A DNA stretch of 63,973 nt, counting the filler, from Klebsormidium nitens (lineage: Eukaryota; Plantae; Klebsormidiophyceae), in the NCBI GenBank assembly GCA_000708835.1. It is 7 parts of 7 records of this genome, joined end to end, with 100 filler letters (N's around TTAATTAATTAA, not from the genome) between each part and the next. Parts side by side here need not be neighbours in the genome. Positions count along the whole stretch, not along the records: positions 39,733 to 44,149 come from DF238538.1; positions 44,250 to 52,809 come from DF237799.1; positions 52,910 to 55,762 come from DF238633.1; 4 more parts are not named here. One strand, 5' to 3'. The notes beneath the pieces were generated by a model. It did no database searches. It had not been told where the DNA came from and saw only the letters and a program-made list of their open reading frames with translations. Within the stretch, counting starts at the first letter, position 1. Each line of letters starts with the position of its first letter. The translations under genes were made by a program, and so were the position numbers. This document shows, piece by piece, positions 42,973 through 55,620 of this stretch.

Positions 42973-44112
42973 TCAGGGAGAAATTAGAGAACTCGCTACA
43001 GTGACCCCCGCGAGGAGTCCCATCATCCATTCTACGAACTCGGGATTAGGAATCTTCCAAGCACGCTGCTCTATCGGTGTATTCCTTTCGAACTGAAGCT
43101 GCGTGGCAAGATCACCAGTCGCCCTCAACGTCAGTGCCAGAGATGCTCTGCTTCCTCCGCTACACCTAGGAGTAGCCCACCTCTTCTTGATTATATTTCG
43201 ACCCACGATTATGTCGGCCGTGCGAGAGCTGTGCACTTTCAGAGAAAGCGTCTCGTGGCCCTCGATTACTAGCTGAAGATCGATTTCATCAGATGCGAGT
43301 CCTCTTCTATCGATGGCCCATGCCCCACTATCGCTCAGCATGCCAGTACGTGGCCATGACTCTGGTTCGATGATCGCGATTATCATGCCCTCGTCGACTT
43401 CCTGCGTAGAATGTTCCGCGCATTCGATATCTACCGGCCTGAAACCACCGCTGAGATACATGAAAGCGGTGCGTACTGCATCAGGCACCACGGAGTTGCC
43501 GAGCATGTGCAACCTATGCGTGGCACTCGGGGCATCCGGTCCTTGCAGTCGCTGAGGCTCGTTACTCCAAACGAAACGCTCGTAAGCGAGCGTTGTCCAA
43601 TGATGTTCGAATCCGGGGGCCACCGCTATGCAGAACCACCTATCTCTATCATGTGGCGCTCCACACTCGGACGCTTTCAGACAAGTCCACCGTAGCTCAT
43701 ACATGCGCTTGAAGTGAAACTCGTCTGCTACTGCATCCATCGCCAGGTGAATGACTCTGGAGACGTTCTCCAAGAAGACCACTTTGGGTCTCAGTTCATC
43801 GACCAGACGGATCATCTCGTAGAAGAGTCCACTCCTGGAGTCTGCCAAGCCTTTCCTCAGTCCTGCCGATGAGAGACCCTGACAGGGGAACGAACTCAGT
43901 ATGACGTCTATGGTTCCGAGGGAACTCCCTTGCAGCTCGCAGATATCTCCATAAATAGGGCCCGTAGGAAGCTCTCCGTCCTTCATCTGTTGAGTCACCA
44001 CCGAGTGGCAATGCTTCGATATCTCGCAATACGCAACGGTCTCCACCAGTCCCGTCAATGCTCTGGTCATGCCCCCGATACCGCAGAATAAGTCGACGGC
44101 TCTCAGAACCAT
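42973..44112 (-). CDS. C5 cytosine DNA methyltransferase, prokaryotic/chlorovirus type, intronless (379 aa)
   Basis: Motif I DLFCGIGG, motif IV SFPCQG (catalytic Cys), motif VI FLENV, motif VIII PHDRDRWF, and C-terminal RWATPR...LATQLQFE...NPEFVEWMMG. Confidence 0.93.
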   Translation of the reverse strand: MVLRAVDLFCGIGGMTRALTGLVETVAYCEISKHCHSVVTQQMKDGELPTGPIYGDICELQGSSLGTIDVILSSFPCQGLSSAGLRKGLADSRSGLFYEMIRLVDELRPKVVFLENVSRVIHLAMDAVADEFHFKRMYELRWTCLKASECGAPHDRDRWFCIAVAPGFEHHWTTLAYERFVWSNEPQRLQGPDAPSATHRLHMLGNSVVPDAVRTAFMYLSGGFRPVDIECAEHSTQEVDEGMIIAIIEPESWPRTGMLSDSGAWAIDRRGLASDEIDLQLVIEGHETLSLKVHSSRTADIIVGRNIIKKRWATPRCSGGSRASLALTLRATGDLATQLQFERNTPIEQRAWKIPNPEFVEWMMGLLAGVTVASSLISP

Positions 44113-44249
44113 CGCACCCTACTTGACGGCATCGACAATATGCCCGATGNNNNNNNNNNNNNNNNNNNNNNNNNNNNNNNNNNNNNNNNNNNNTTAATTA
44201 ATTAANNNNNNNNNNNNNNNNNNNNNNNNNNNNNNNNNNNNNNNNNNNN

Positions 44250-46554
44250 GAGAAACGGTGGTCTAGTATACAATCGACCTCATATTCCAGATGACCTTCC
44301 AACTCAATTGGAATAGGTGGGGGTTGGGTTCGCCCATCATAGCGATAAGGCTCCAGAAGAGAGACGTGGAACACGGGGTGAATACGCCATCCCGGATTCA
44401 TCTCCAATTTATAAGCCAGAGAACCCACCTTTTGCACGACAGTGAAGGGACCCACCCAACGGGGCGTCAGCTTGCGGCTTCGCTCTGCGTGCTTCAGAAT
44501 CAGATTCTTGGTACTCAGAAGTACCTTGTCCCCGACAACGTACGTCATTTCGACGCGCTTTTTATCCGCGAATGCTTTTTGTCTCTGTCGAGCTGCAATC
44601 AGAGTTTTGCGTGCACGGTCATGTAAGTATTGCAGGCGCTCAACAAAAGCAGAGGCGTCAGAAGGGCGTTTATCAAGAGTCGACACACCCAAGGGAGTGC
44701 GAGGATGACGACCAAGGACCAGATGAAACGGTGTGTCACGGATGCCTTTCTGGTAGGAGTTATTATAGGCGAATTGGGCTCTTGACAGCCATTCGTCCCA
44801 GTCAGTCATTGTCGGCGCAATGAAGTAACGCAGATAAGCCTCCAACTTTGATTGGCAATTTCCGTTTGACCATCAGTTTGTGCGTGAAAGGCAGATGACA
44901 TACACAGTCTTGTGCCAAGAAGCGCAGTGACTTCCTGCCAAAACGCACTCGTAAAGCGGGTATCACGATCAAAAACGAAGGTCTTACTCAGTCCTTGAGC
45001 AGCCTGGACGTGATCCATGTACAGCTTGGCGAAGCCCTTGGCTGTAATGGTTTCTGTACAGGGCACGAAGATCGCCATCTTCGAGAACCTGACAACAAAA
45101 ACACAGATAGTGTCATTACCCCGAGGAGTTAACGGCAGCTTAGTGATAAAAGCATAACTGATCGAATCAAAAGGCCCGTCAGGTAACTCCAGCGGTTGCA
45201 TCAGCCCATACGGTCGGTGACGACGATGCTTATTGCGCTGACACGTGGTACAACTCAGAACAAACGAGGCAACATCCGCCGACAAAGATGGCCACCAAAA
45301 CAGTTTACCCACTGCCCGCAAGGTTTTGCCTGTCCCATAGTGTCCGGAATAAGGGGTGTCGTGACACTCCTGCAGAATCAGAGATCGAAGATCGGGGTTA
45401 TCCGGAACCACTTACATGACTCTCTGTTAACAAAACCTTGAGAGTTGAAACTCAGGAGACGATTTTTTGCACTGTTTACTTCTCGCAGCACAGAATCTCG
45501 CAGCGACTGGCTTTCCCGAAGGATTGCATTCCCTAAGAGTTCGGGAATGTCAAACGACAGATCAGAATTGTCCAAGGTGTTGCTCGTCGCAGGGGCAGTC
45601 CGGCTAGACTGTTCCGCGCTAGGCGTAGTTCCCCTCCTTGTCACAGCTACCGTGAGCATAGCAGGAGTTCCTGAAAAGGGATCACAGAGCGTACCTGCCT
45701 TCCTTCCAAGATTTGTCCCGGGTTCATTGGAAGACAGAACGACCAGAGTGTCGAGTGGATACCTACTAAGAGGATCCGCGACGTTGTTCTTCCCGGCCCG
45801 GATTACCCAGTTAATCGGGCCGAAGCGCTGAAGGAACTCAGACCACCTTGCTTGACGTCTCGACAGAGTCGGCTGAGTCTGAAAGAATGTATTGGAGACA
45901 TGGTCAGTGACTACCGTGAACGTAGCACCCTCCAAATAACATCGCCACGTCTTCAGAGCGTGAACCACAGCAAGCATCTCGCTTTCAGTTGTGTGGTAAT
46001 TCTTTTCCGCGTCATTGAGTTTTCTGGACTCGAAGGCAACAGGTTGACCTTCTTGCAGCAGAACAGCACCCAGACCAACAGCAGACGCGTCAGTGACTAC
46101 TTCATACGGAACTTGAAGTTTTTCATTGGGCGTACGGAGGAGTGGCGCTTTTGTCAGACAGTGTTTCAGTGCAAGAAAAGACTGTCGACAGCGGTCAGTC
46201 CAAGCCCACGGGTTCTTAGCCCGAGTCAGATTGGTCAGTGGTTCAGCCAGAGAAGCGAAGTACTTAATGAACTTACGGAAGTAGTTAACCAAACCCAGAA
46301 ATGAGCGTAGGTCATGAAATTTTAGCAGTTCCGGCCAGTCAACAACAGCAGCGACTTTCTTAGGATCAGGACGGATTCTTTTCCCTTTTCCCGCACGCCG
46401 CGCAGATCGGGCCCACACCGGTTTTCGGAGATGTCACGCGGGCAAACTCGCCGTGCGATCGAAATTCACCGTACGCGGCTGACGTCAGGGGGACCGGTCC
46501 CCCCGACGCCCTCTTCAACAAGTATTTCACCATAGCAGTCGCCATATTATGCAT
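44250..46554 (-). mobile_element. pol: Ty3/Gypsy (chromovirus-type) pol fragment: RT thumb, RNase H, integrase, start of chromodomain; frameshifted and internally deleted
   Basis: IRPDPKKVAAVVDWP; FLGLVNYFRKFI; VVTDASAVGLGAVL; YHTTESEMLAVV; integrase H-H-C-C (HDTPYSGH...CTTC), DTRFTSAFW, QTDGQTE; GPF/Y-type WVGPFTV...HPVFHVSLL; EYEVDCILDH. The RT catalytic core is missing. Confidence 0.93.
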
Positions 46555-47214
46555 TCATAGGGTCCAATATAGCAGTTTTGCAATTATGCAGATGTGACGC
46601 TCAAGCATGGAATCATTTTAAGAATGGACATGCCATGCACAAAGAGCATGATCACATGCAGAATATTTAAGGAGCGTATGGCGTGTATTAGTTGGTGCTT
46701 TTTAGTTTACTACAATCGGGATGGCCTCGCCTCTGAAATGTTTTGTGACGGGGACGTCATTGATGCATGGCATTGGTAGGAAAGAACGGTGACGAAATTT
46801 GAAGCTGTTGGCGGCGGATTTGCAGGCATGTTTCAGGGATGCTTCCTCAACTTGGTCCCCAGCCGACCCTGCAATTGTTCGAATGAAAATATCAAAACCC
46901 GAGGTGGCCGTCGCAATTCTTATTCAATTAGCCAAAGAAGTGAAGTGCTCAAGATGTGACCATCCCACTAATGGCTAGTGGTGGCTTTGAATTCCATTTT
47001 GAACCGTTCATTGAACGTTCCACACAACCCGTCCCTTGCAAATTTGGTAGTGTCGAGGCCGTCGGATGAGCAATCCGACAACCGAATTGTAACGGTTGCA
47101 CTCTTTCGGCTACTATCCCGACTCTCCCCCTAACTACCGAAATCGTTTGCTAGGCCGGTTCTATTCGTTGAACCAGCCGAACCTTATGCGATAGGGCGAC
47201 TTAGCCTTTCGGAC

Positions 47215-47960
47215 TAATCGGCCCTAGATCGCTTGAAGGTACTCTAATAGGCTTAAAACTTGTCGGCCCTAGATCGCTAGCGGCTCGCGCACATAGTCTA
47301 AGTCTGTCGGCGGTCGCACTCAAGACTTGTCGGCCCTTGTTCGCGAGCGGCTCGCGCACATAGTCTAAGTCTGTCGCCGGACCGCATACCGGCCGGACCG
47401 GAATGGACTGCGCCGAACCGCGGCCGGTCGCATCCCAACTCTTCCCGGATTATGCAAGCAAACGAACTCACCGAGTCCACGTATACAAAAGGTTCCTCGG
47501 ATTCTTCGAATAGAAGCTTCGCGACTTAGTAGAGTCTTAATAATTTAAGCGTACTAATACTACTAAGTAAAGCCCCGACTATAGGAAGTACTACTAATCA
47601 AAGGTCTCTTAATAGTAAGACTATATAGTAGTAGCAATACACTTCGGTAGTAATGCTACTAAGATAAGTCTTCTATTAAGATTCCCTAGTAGTATAATAC
47701 TATAGGGCCTATTAGGCCACGCGAACAAATGCCAATTAGTATAGTCTATCTACGTATAGTCTATATAGGAATGTATAGACTACATCTAAGATACTGACTA
47801 TAGACTGATAGCATTATGCCAATTAGTATTAGTCTATCGTAAGTATAGTCAATACCGACTGTATTGACTATACCTAAGAGTGAGATAGACTAATAGACTA
47901 AAGGCATCTAGGATTCAATAGAAAGCTGCGGCTTTTAACTAAGAATCCTATTACTTAAGG
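47215..47960. other. TpA-rich, CpA/TpG-depleted non-coding patch with short direct repeats
   Basis: Hand count for 47581-47700: about 25 TA, 4 CA+TG, 12 AT. A 29-bp repeat CGGCTCGCGCACATAGTCTAAGTCTGTCG is at 47281 and 47348. Confidence 0.7.
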
Positions 47961-48945
47961 AGCGCCCTTGCGTGGTCTGCTACAGTCTTAAAGAGGGCGT
48001 TCTGTGACCTGTAACGTCTGACGTCAGCACGGTACGGTGATTTTTGATCGCCCGGGAAGTCTACCCGCGTGACGTCGATTTTGAAAACCGGTGTAAGTTC
48101 CATCTGCGCGGCTTGCGGAGAAAGAAGAAAAGTTGCTCCTACCGAGTTTCGATCGCCCGATTTAACGGTCAATGTCGAGCGCACTTCCAATTGTGCTAGG
48201 AGTTTTTGTGTTCCCGAGTTGGTCCCAAAAACCTCGAGCCGGGACGGTATATATAGACTGACGCCCTCTTTGAGTAAGACTGCAGACTGCAGACTGCCAG
48301 CCTAAGTGAGGTGGCTGCAGCACTAGCCTGCAAATCTTCACTATAAATGGGTTGGATTGCGAAGTTGCGAACACAGTTCTAAATACTTCTCGCGTTCGAG
48401 CTTCCACCCACACGACCATTCCAAGCTTCCGCAAATAGTCGGCCCACTGTTCCGGGTTCCGGGTTGAGCCTGTTACACGAATATTTGCTTTCAAATTTCC
48501 TCGGCTGACACTGTGCACGCGAAAACCGTTCCAATGTCACGTCCAACTTTTTTAAGCAGCCCAACACAACGCTATCAAGATTACGGAGGCCGCAAACTCA
48601 AACAGCTCACCGAGCCGATTGCGCAGATGTCCACTGATTGTGCTAATTAGTGAAACGTTCTTACTCCTGGTGAGCATGGGAGAGGCGCGAAGGCGCCTGG
48701 TGATAAACTTCTCAGAGAGAAGGTGGTGTAAAGGTTACACCTTTGGTGGAATCTAGAGACTACATGTCTCATTCCCTCNNNNNNNNNNNNNNNNNNNNAG
48801 GAGCGAAACTCCGGAGAGCTGCAAAAGGTACAAGTCAATGAGAGGCGGGGCCCGGCGTTGAGTGAGGGCTGTAGCAGACTGCCGAGCCCATCACTCAGCA
48901 CCGGGCTTGCTTCTGGTCACCCTGTACCATGAAACAAGTCAGTAA

Positions 48946-50961
48946 ATTTTACCTTATAAACACTGGATCCAGCTTGGATATAATTTTTGTGGGTCGGATC
49001 GTACGGTGGACAGTGACCGCCGGTCTAATTCCGGTTCCGCGCGACGCATCGAGCGACGCAGACTTCACCGCGGAACTTAAAAGATCATAGACGGCAAAAA
49101 GTCAACCTCACGAGGTTTGAACTTTGCCGCATTGGTATCCAATGAAATCAAGCTGAGTTCAGCAGACTTGTGCAACGTCAGCTAGGGCATTGTTTGGCGG
49201 TGTAACCCTATTTTTAACTTAATTGGTTACGGACAAACAATACGAGTTAGACATAACAAACTTATGATGTCTGCAAAAAGAGTCGACGAACTCAGCGTTG
49301 AGCGGTTTGCCCAGAAGCTTTGTTACGCCGACCCTGACACTTGTCTCGTTAAAATAAACTTATAGATTAACGTTAGCAAAAGGGGCTACGTGGAGTGCGG
49401 GTGTCTGGTGCCTTGAGCATACTGCTCAGGCCACCCTTTAGTCCACATTTGCCCTGCCCCAAACGTTCCGAAATAAACTTATATTTCGTAACTGAAAGTT
49501 AGTTAAAAGGGGCACTACTTGCCGACCTCAGCAAAAGTTTGGCGTCATCGGTCAGGAAAAGGATGGCTTTAAACCATCCTTCTACTGACCGACGACGGGC
49601 AGGTTTTGTTCACAACAAACTTATAATCGGGAATCAACGTAGTCCCCTTACGACAGCAAAAGTGCAGGGCGTAGTTCATCCTGAACTTCGTCCTACGTCG
49701 AGGCTAATCAAGTTTAAACTTATAACTTGGAATCGACGATACTTAGCTGATTACAGACTGCATTATCACAGCCATGCACCCCTTGACGAACGCACATGCG
49801 TACGGAACAAAAGATTGGGTGCCCCGGGATTCGAACCCAGTAATCTGAGCCTAGATCCGAGTATCATCTTACACCCCGGTGGTCCCCCTTACGGCACGAA
49901 GCCCGCCGCAATACTCTGCGCCCTACTAGGCCAGCCCGTACAGNNNNNNNNNNNNNNNNNNNNTTTTACTTTATAAACACTGGATCCAGTGGATATAATC
50001 TTTTGTGGGTCCGATCGTACGGTGGACAGTGACCGCCGATCTAATTCCGGTTCCGCGCGACGCATCGAGCGACGCAGACTTCACCGCGGAACTTAAAAGA
50101 TCATCGACGGCAAAAAGTCAACCTCACGAGGTTTGAACTTTGCCGCACTGGTATCCGATGAAATCACGCTGAGTTCAGCAAACTTGTGCAACGTCAGCTA
50201 GGGCATTGTTTGGCGGTGTAACCCTATTTTTAACTTCATTGGTTACGGACAAACAATACGAGTTAGACATAACAAACTTATGATGTCTGCAAAAAAGAGT
50301 CCATGAACTCAGCGTTGAGCGGTCTGCCCAGACGCTTTGTTACGCCGACCCTGACACTTGTCTCTTTAAAATAAACTTATAGATTAATTAACGTTAGCAA
50401 AAGGCGCTGCGTGGAGTGCGGGTGTCTGGTGCGTTGAGCATACTGCTCAGGCCACCCTTTAGTCCACATTTGCCCTGCCCCAAACGTTCCGAAATAAACT
50501 TATATTTCGTAACTGAACGTCACTTAAAAGGGGCACTACTTGCCGACCTCAGCAAAAGTTTGGCACCATCGGTCAAGAGGATGGCTTTAAACCATCCTTC
50601 TACTGACCGACGACGGGCAGGTTTTGTTCACAACAAACTTATAATCGGGAATCAACGTAGTCCCCTTACGACAGCAAAAGTGCAGGGCGTAGTTCATCCT
50701 GATCTTCGTCCTACGTCGAGGCTAATCAAGTTTAAACTTATAACTTGGAATCGACGATACTTAGCTGATTACAGACTGCATTATCACAGCCATGCACCCC
50801 TTGACGAACGCACATGCGTACGGAACAAAAGATTGGGTGCTCCGGGATTCGAACCCGGTAATCTGAGCCTGGATCCGAGTATCATCTCACACCCCGGTGG
50901 TCCCCCTTACTGCACGAAGCCCGCCGCAATACTCTGCGCCCTACTAGGCCAGCCCGTACAG
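48946..50961. repeat. ~1-kb direct duplication across a 20-N gap (48946-49943 and 49964-50961)
   Basis: Both copies start TTTTAC(C/T)TTATAAACACTGGATCCAG and run to CCAGCCCGTACAG with few differences. Either a tandem repeat/LTR-like sequence or an unmerged contig overlap. Confidence 0.85.
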
Positions 50962-52029
50962 CTGGAGCCTTTCAGGTCGGCTTATGAGCGTCAGCGCGCG
51001 AGGGGGTATTAACCGATGATGCAAGCCGGAAGCCTGGTAACCCGCTAGGTCATCCGTACTGACCAACACCCTGGTCGATACCCTGATCCTTTTAAAATCT
51101 GGTATTTAAAGTCCGACAACCTCATCCAGAAGGTTTGTGGGTCCACTTGGAGTCTCCACCGTCGATTCTTTGACGGTTTCGACCTGGTTCCGCTTACGCT
51201 CCGCTCCGTTCCAAAAGGAATCGAGCTCAGATTGTCCCACTTGGGACATCGGAAGGTTGAGAGCAAGCTTCGAAGTCGCTGTCGCGGCGTTGCGGCAAAC
51301 CGGGCGATTTCCTGAATAACCGGGCAGCGCCGCCAGGTCGCCGCGGCGACCGACGCGAAAGCGTGAATGCCTTCGCAGCGACGCAAGGGCGTTACACACT
51401 TGCGCCGTCGCAGCCTGTCGACTCGCGCGCACGTGCGGCAAAATTTGCAAAATTTAAAATTTCACCGTCGATGAAAATTACGATCGAGAATCGGCGTCCA
51501 GAATTTTCCCCGCAGCTTTCGGGAAGAGCCTTCGCGGCGCTGGACACTTGAATTGTCGCAGCGCCTTGACGGCGCTGCGGTAGCCGGGGCTCACCCTTCC
51601 GATGGATTGTACGTAGTGGCTAGCAACTTCAAGTTGCCGGTGCTAGTTGTCTTCTTTGCCCGTGCTGGCTACGAAGCACTAACGCTAATAAATAAAGACA
51701 ACTTTCTGACTCCTGTGACACTGTGGGTCCAAGAACACAGCAGAGGAGCCCACCTGCTAATGACACGTGGCAGATCAACGGTGGTAGGCAGCTCGTAGAA
51801 GGTCGGCGGGACGGCTGACGCGGCCGCGCGAACTTCGTAGTCACAGAGCCTGCAAAACTTTAAACAATATTTCTGTCAGAAAACAGTTGAGAGTTGGTTT
51901 ACAAAAACTCTCAGGTCGTTCGTGCCGTCTTGGCAGCCTTACGAACTGACCTGGTGACAACCTTCTGCTTCGGCTTCTTAGCCTCAGGAGGCTTCGCCTG
52001 AGCTTGGGCGGGCTCGGGTACACCTTTCC

Positions 52030-52809
52030 GAAACTAACCCACATAAACCCAATACTCTTCGAGAATATCCTTACAGTTAGTAAGGTTCTTCTCTGGTTCC
52101 CAAAGTATTGTGCTCGGGCCCATACCCTAACCATTCGACCAGAAACTCTGTCTTGGTGCTTTTTCCGCGTTTAACCGTGCGGTTGTCGAGTACTCCTTCG
52201 ACCTCATACTCCAATGAGTCATCGATTTTGATGGGTGGTGGAGGCGGCAGCACTCTGCCATCATTCTGTAGGGCTTCACAAAATTAACGTGAAACACGTT
52301 ATGCATCTTGAGATTTGGTGGAAGCTTCAACTTATAAGCGACCTTGCCCACCGGTTCGATCACTTCGAACGGTCCGACCCACTTGGGCAGAAGCTTGCGA
52401 GTCCATGGATTCGCGAGCTTAAAGTTTTGCGTTGAGAGGAGCACTTTCCCCCTTCGCGAAAGAGACGTCCCGTCTCTTCTGATCAGCAAAAGACTTCATA
52501 CGCGATTGTGCCGCCAAGATACTTTGTTTCGCACGCGCGAGACTCATATCCATCTGTCGCACAAAGTGAGTGGCTTGGGGGACCCGAGTTTCCCTGCCCC
52601 CATCAAGAGGTGTACGTAGGTGCTGACCAGTGTTTATTGTAAACGGGGTTTCCTTAACCGACTCTTGCCAAGCATTGTTCACACTGAACTCTGCAAGATA
52701 CAGCCACTCATCCCAATCGTCATGCTGAGGACTGATGTAGTGACGCAACTAACCCTCCAGGATACGGTTAGCCCGCTCAGTTTGTCCATCAATCTGAGGG
52801 TGGAACGCT
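52030..52809 (-). mobile_element. pol: Second Ty3/Gypsy fragment: integrase C-terminus plus chromodomain, frameshifted
   Basis: LRHYISPQHDDWDEWLYLAEFSVNN; KWVGPFEV...HNVFHVNFVKPY; PPPPIKIDDSLEYEVEGVLDNR...FLVEWLGYGPEHNT(W)EPEKNL. Confidence 0.92.
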
Positions 52810-52909
52810 NNNNNNNNNNNNNNNNNNNNNNNNNNNNNNNNNNNNNNNNNNNNTTAATTAATTAANNNNNNNNNNNNNNNNNNNNNNNNNNNNNNNNNNN
52901 NNNNNNNNN

Positions 52910-55620
52910 CATGATATCGCATCGACATAAGACCGCATGACATTCTCCCTCTCTCAGTCCGAGCAGGCCGGCCTGCGCAATTGCAGCAATAGAGCCCGGA
53001 TTCCCTACAAGGGTAAAGCGGTGGGCATCGACGTGCGTGGAAGGGGCGGGATGTTGTACACCGCACCCAGCAGCTACACGGGTCTCGATGGCAGGCTCCG
53101 AAGCTACGTGTGGGACCACGAGATCTTGCCCGACCGTTCCAATCTCCGAGCCGTGCCGGACTGGCTGATCTCCATCTTGAACGACAGCAATGAAGCGTCA
53201 AGCGGGACTCGTCGGCAGGTGCCTCGGGATGGAGATGGGGCCCGGTATGTGTCACGGATTGCCTCGGTGCTCCATACTCCTTGTTGTCTTCGCTCTGTCT
53301 TTTTGCGCCTGGTGAATGTTTGATCTGAGAAGAATGTAATGCAATTAGTTCAAAGATGATTGGTTTGGCATGTGGTTCCAGTGGGTGCATGTCTAGTTGT
53401 CCAGACTTCAGCGCAACCTTGTTGTGACTGTAAGAAGTGACGTCAGCAAGAGCGAACGACAATCATCATTTATTTGGACTCTCTGCGTTTCCAGAGGTTT
53501 AACACTGTAAGCAAGTACACTGGACTGTTGTTCGGTTGCTGAAACGATGTGGATGATTCGTAGTGTCCCTATTGAAATGACAACACAAACGATTTGCTTT
53601 TGTGCAGCGAGCCGCAGGCTGTACCGTTCGGACCTCCTCGTCCGATCGAGGACCCTCAGCGCATTCCTCCACCAGTAGTTTTAGAGCGCGTCAAAGCCTG
53701 CGTGGCGGCCACCGGTGACGACGCCTCCTGCTTCGATCGCCTCAAGATGGGCGACAGGGGCCCAATGTACGTCTTTCGAGTGGCTGGCCCCCGACGTTGT
53801 CCGTACGGCAATCACCACGACGGTTCCAACAATTTCTCCGTGCTCGTGCGCAAGAGGGACCTGCTCTATTTTTGTAACAGCTCGGAGTGCCAGGGGGTCC
53901 GCCCCGTGCTCAAGATTGGAGAGCTCACGTGCTCGGAGGCGATGAGTGGGGGCGAGACTCGGGCTTTCAGTGCTGATGACGTTTGCGCGATCAACAGCTT
54001 GCACAAGAGATTCGTGGACGCTTGGGCCTTTGAGGGAGATGTCGGTGGCAGCAAGATTGTCGCTGAGATGTACGCAGGCTGCGGCAGGTGAGAATTTTGC
54101 GAGATACACAAGAAGTCGCTTCAGCAACACATTCAGAGGATCTTTCAAATCGTCGACGGCTTTTCTCAGACACTTGGAGTGGATACGGCATCCTTGGAGT
54201 GGATTTCAAGTAGTGCTCTGTTCGCGGTGAAGTGTGTTCTTGGCCGCTTGAAGCATTCACACTTAGCCGGGGAGCCTCGGACGCCTCTGCAATAATGTCT
54301 AGGGTGGTGAAAAATGCTCAGCAGAGGGTGGAAGCTGCTGACGTTATCAGACTTTAGCTCCCGTCTTGGCGCCTTTGTCTAGGGGTCCAAGGTCCATTGC
54401 AAACCTTTCCGTTGTCAGACAGATTCTAGCAATCTTCATGTCTGCTCGGATGCACAGGCTGCCATTTGAGAAGCTTCCGTTTTAGCTCGTGTGTCCAAGT
54501 GTCCAAGGTCTATCACCAACTTTTGTCGCGACAACCAATTGCTGACGTCATCAAATTCTGGGCCAGTCTTTGTGTGTCCAGGTGTCCAAGGTTAATTATT
54601 GACTTTGTATGGCCGCCAAACGCAGACGTCAGCATCGTGCTTTGCTCTGTTGAGATTACTTTCTACTGCCAACCTAAACAGCTTGGACACTAACCGGACG
54701 CTGATCCAGACTGTTGTGAATCAAATTTACTTCATTAGCACTCAGGCTCCAAGGGTGACGTCAGCAAAAAGGAGTTTAGATTTTTCATTGGAGAAAACTT
54801 GGACACTTGGCCAGCCAGCATCCATCTCCTCATGTTGTTGCCTTTGCAGGTTGTGCTTCGATGGTGAATTCTGGCACTATTGGGACGGGCGGCGCGTTGT
54901 AGCTGATGAGAAGAGTGCATTCTTTGTGAAGAACGTTCTCATCAATCAGCTAAGGATCGTCGACAAGCGAGTCCGGGACGAATGGAGTGCAACGATTGAG
55001 ACCACCCGGGATGAGGAACATCGGGAGGTGCTAAAACAGCAGCTGAAGCGCCTGCGCACGTACGACAACAGCCGAGAGATGGGCAGTACTCTGGAGCTCG
55101 CCCCGGGGGAGCTATTTGTCCCCAATTTCATCCAACAGCTGGATGCAAACCCAGATATACTGAACGTCAGAAATGGCGTGCTCAATCTGAGAACGGGCAT
55201 GCTCGATGCACACAGACCCGAGTACATGTGCTCAAAGATTGCAGAGACAGATTCCATGGTGAGCCCCCACTTTTGCTCAGATCGACAACCAAGCCCTTGA
55301 CAGAGCACGCTCGGATTTATAAGGTTTTACAACTCTTTCAAGCGCCGAGCAGGTTCGCTGCAATTGTCTTGTGGAAACAGCAATTGAAACTTCGTCTCAA
55401 AATTGATTGGCATCCTGAATTGCCAATTCTACCTCACTATGTTGCACATTGTCTTTTAGAGATTATCTGTTGTTGTTGGCGTTGGAGTCGTTTCTTTGTT
55501 TGCTAACGCAACACCCAAGAAGCTGGAGTGGTCGCATTATAGAATGCAGCTCTCTTTCTGCAGGGGATCGAATACCCAACGCCGCTCGTTTGTAACGATT
55601 ACGACTGGTTAAGCCTAACC
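52910..55620 (+). CDS. Spliced PrimPol (bifunctional primase-polymerase) - Zn-binding - D5_N primase/helicase gene, partial
   Basis: Exons ~52937-53244, 53608-54087, 54850-55258, 55564-... joined by in-phase GT-AG introns (GTATGT, GTGAGA, GTGAGC donors). Motifs IDVRGRGGMLYTAPS...YVW...VPDWL; RCPYGNHH...NNF...YFCNSSEC; LDANPDILNVRNGVLNLRTG...HRPEY..SKI. Both ends degrade near the gaps. Confidence 0.82.

Noticed and set aside
42973-46554. Methyltransferase-carrying Gypsy element (methyltransferase next to integrase/chromodomain)
   Set aside because: The two are separated by an artificial spacer (44150-44249), so their adjacency is not evidence of linkage.
48946-50961. 1-kb direct repeats as the LTR pair of a retrotransposon
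   Set aside because: The copies abut a 20-N gap with no internal domain, and I saw no clear TG...CA ends, PBS or target-site duplication. An unmerged overlap or tandem repeat is as likely.
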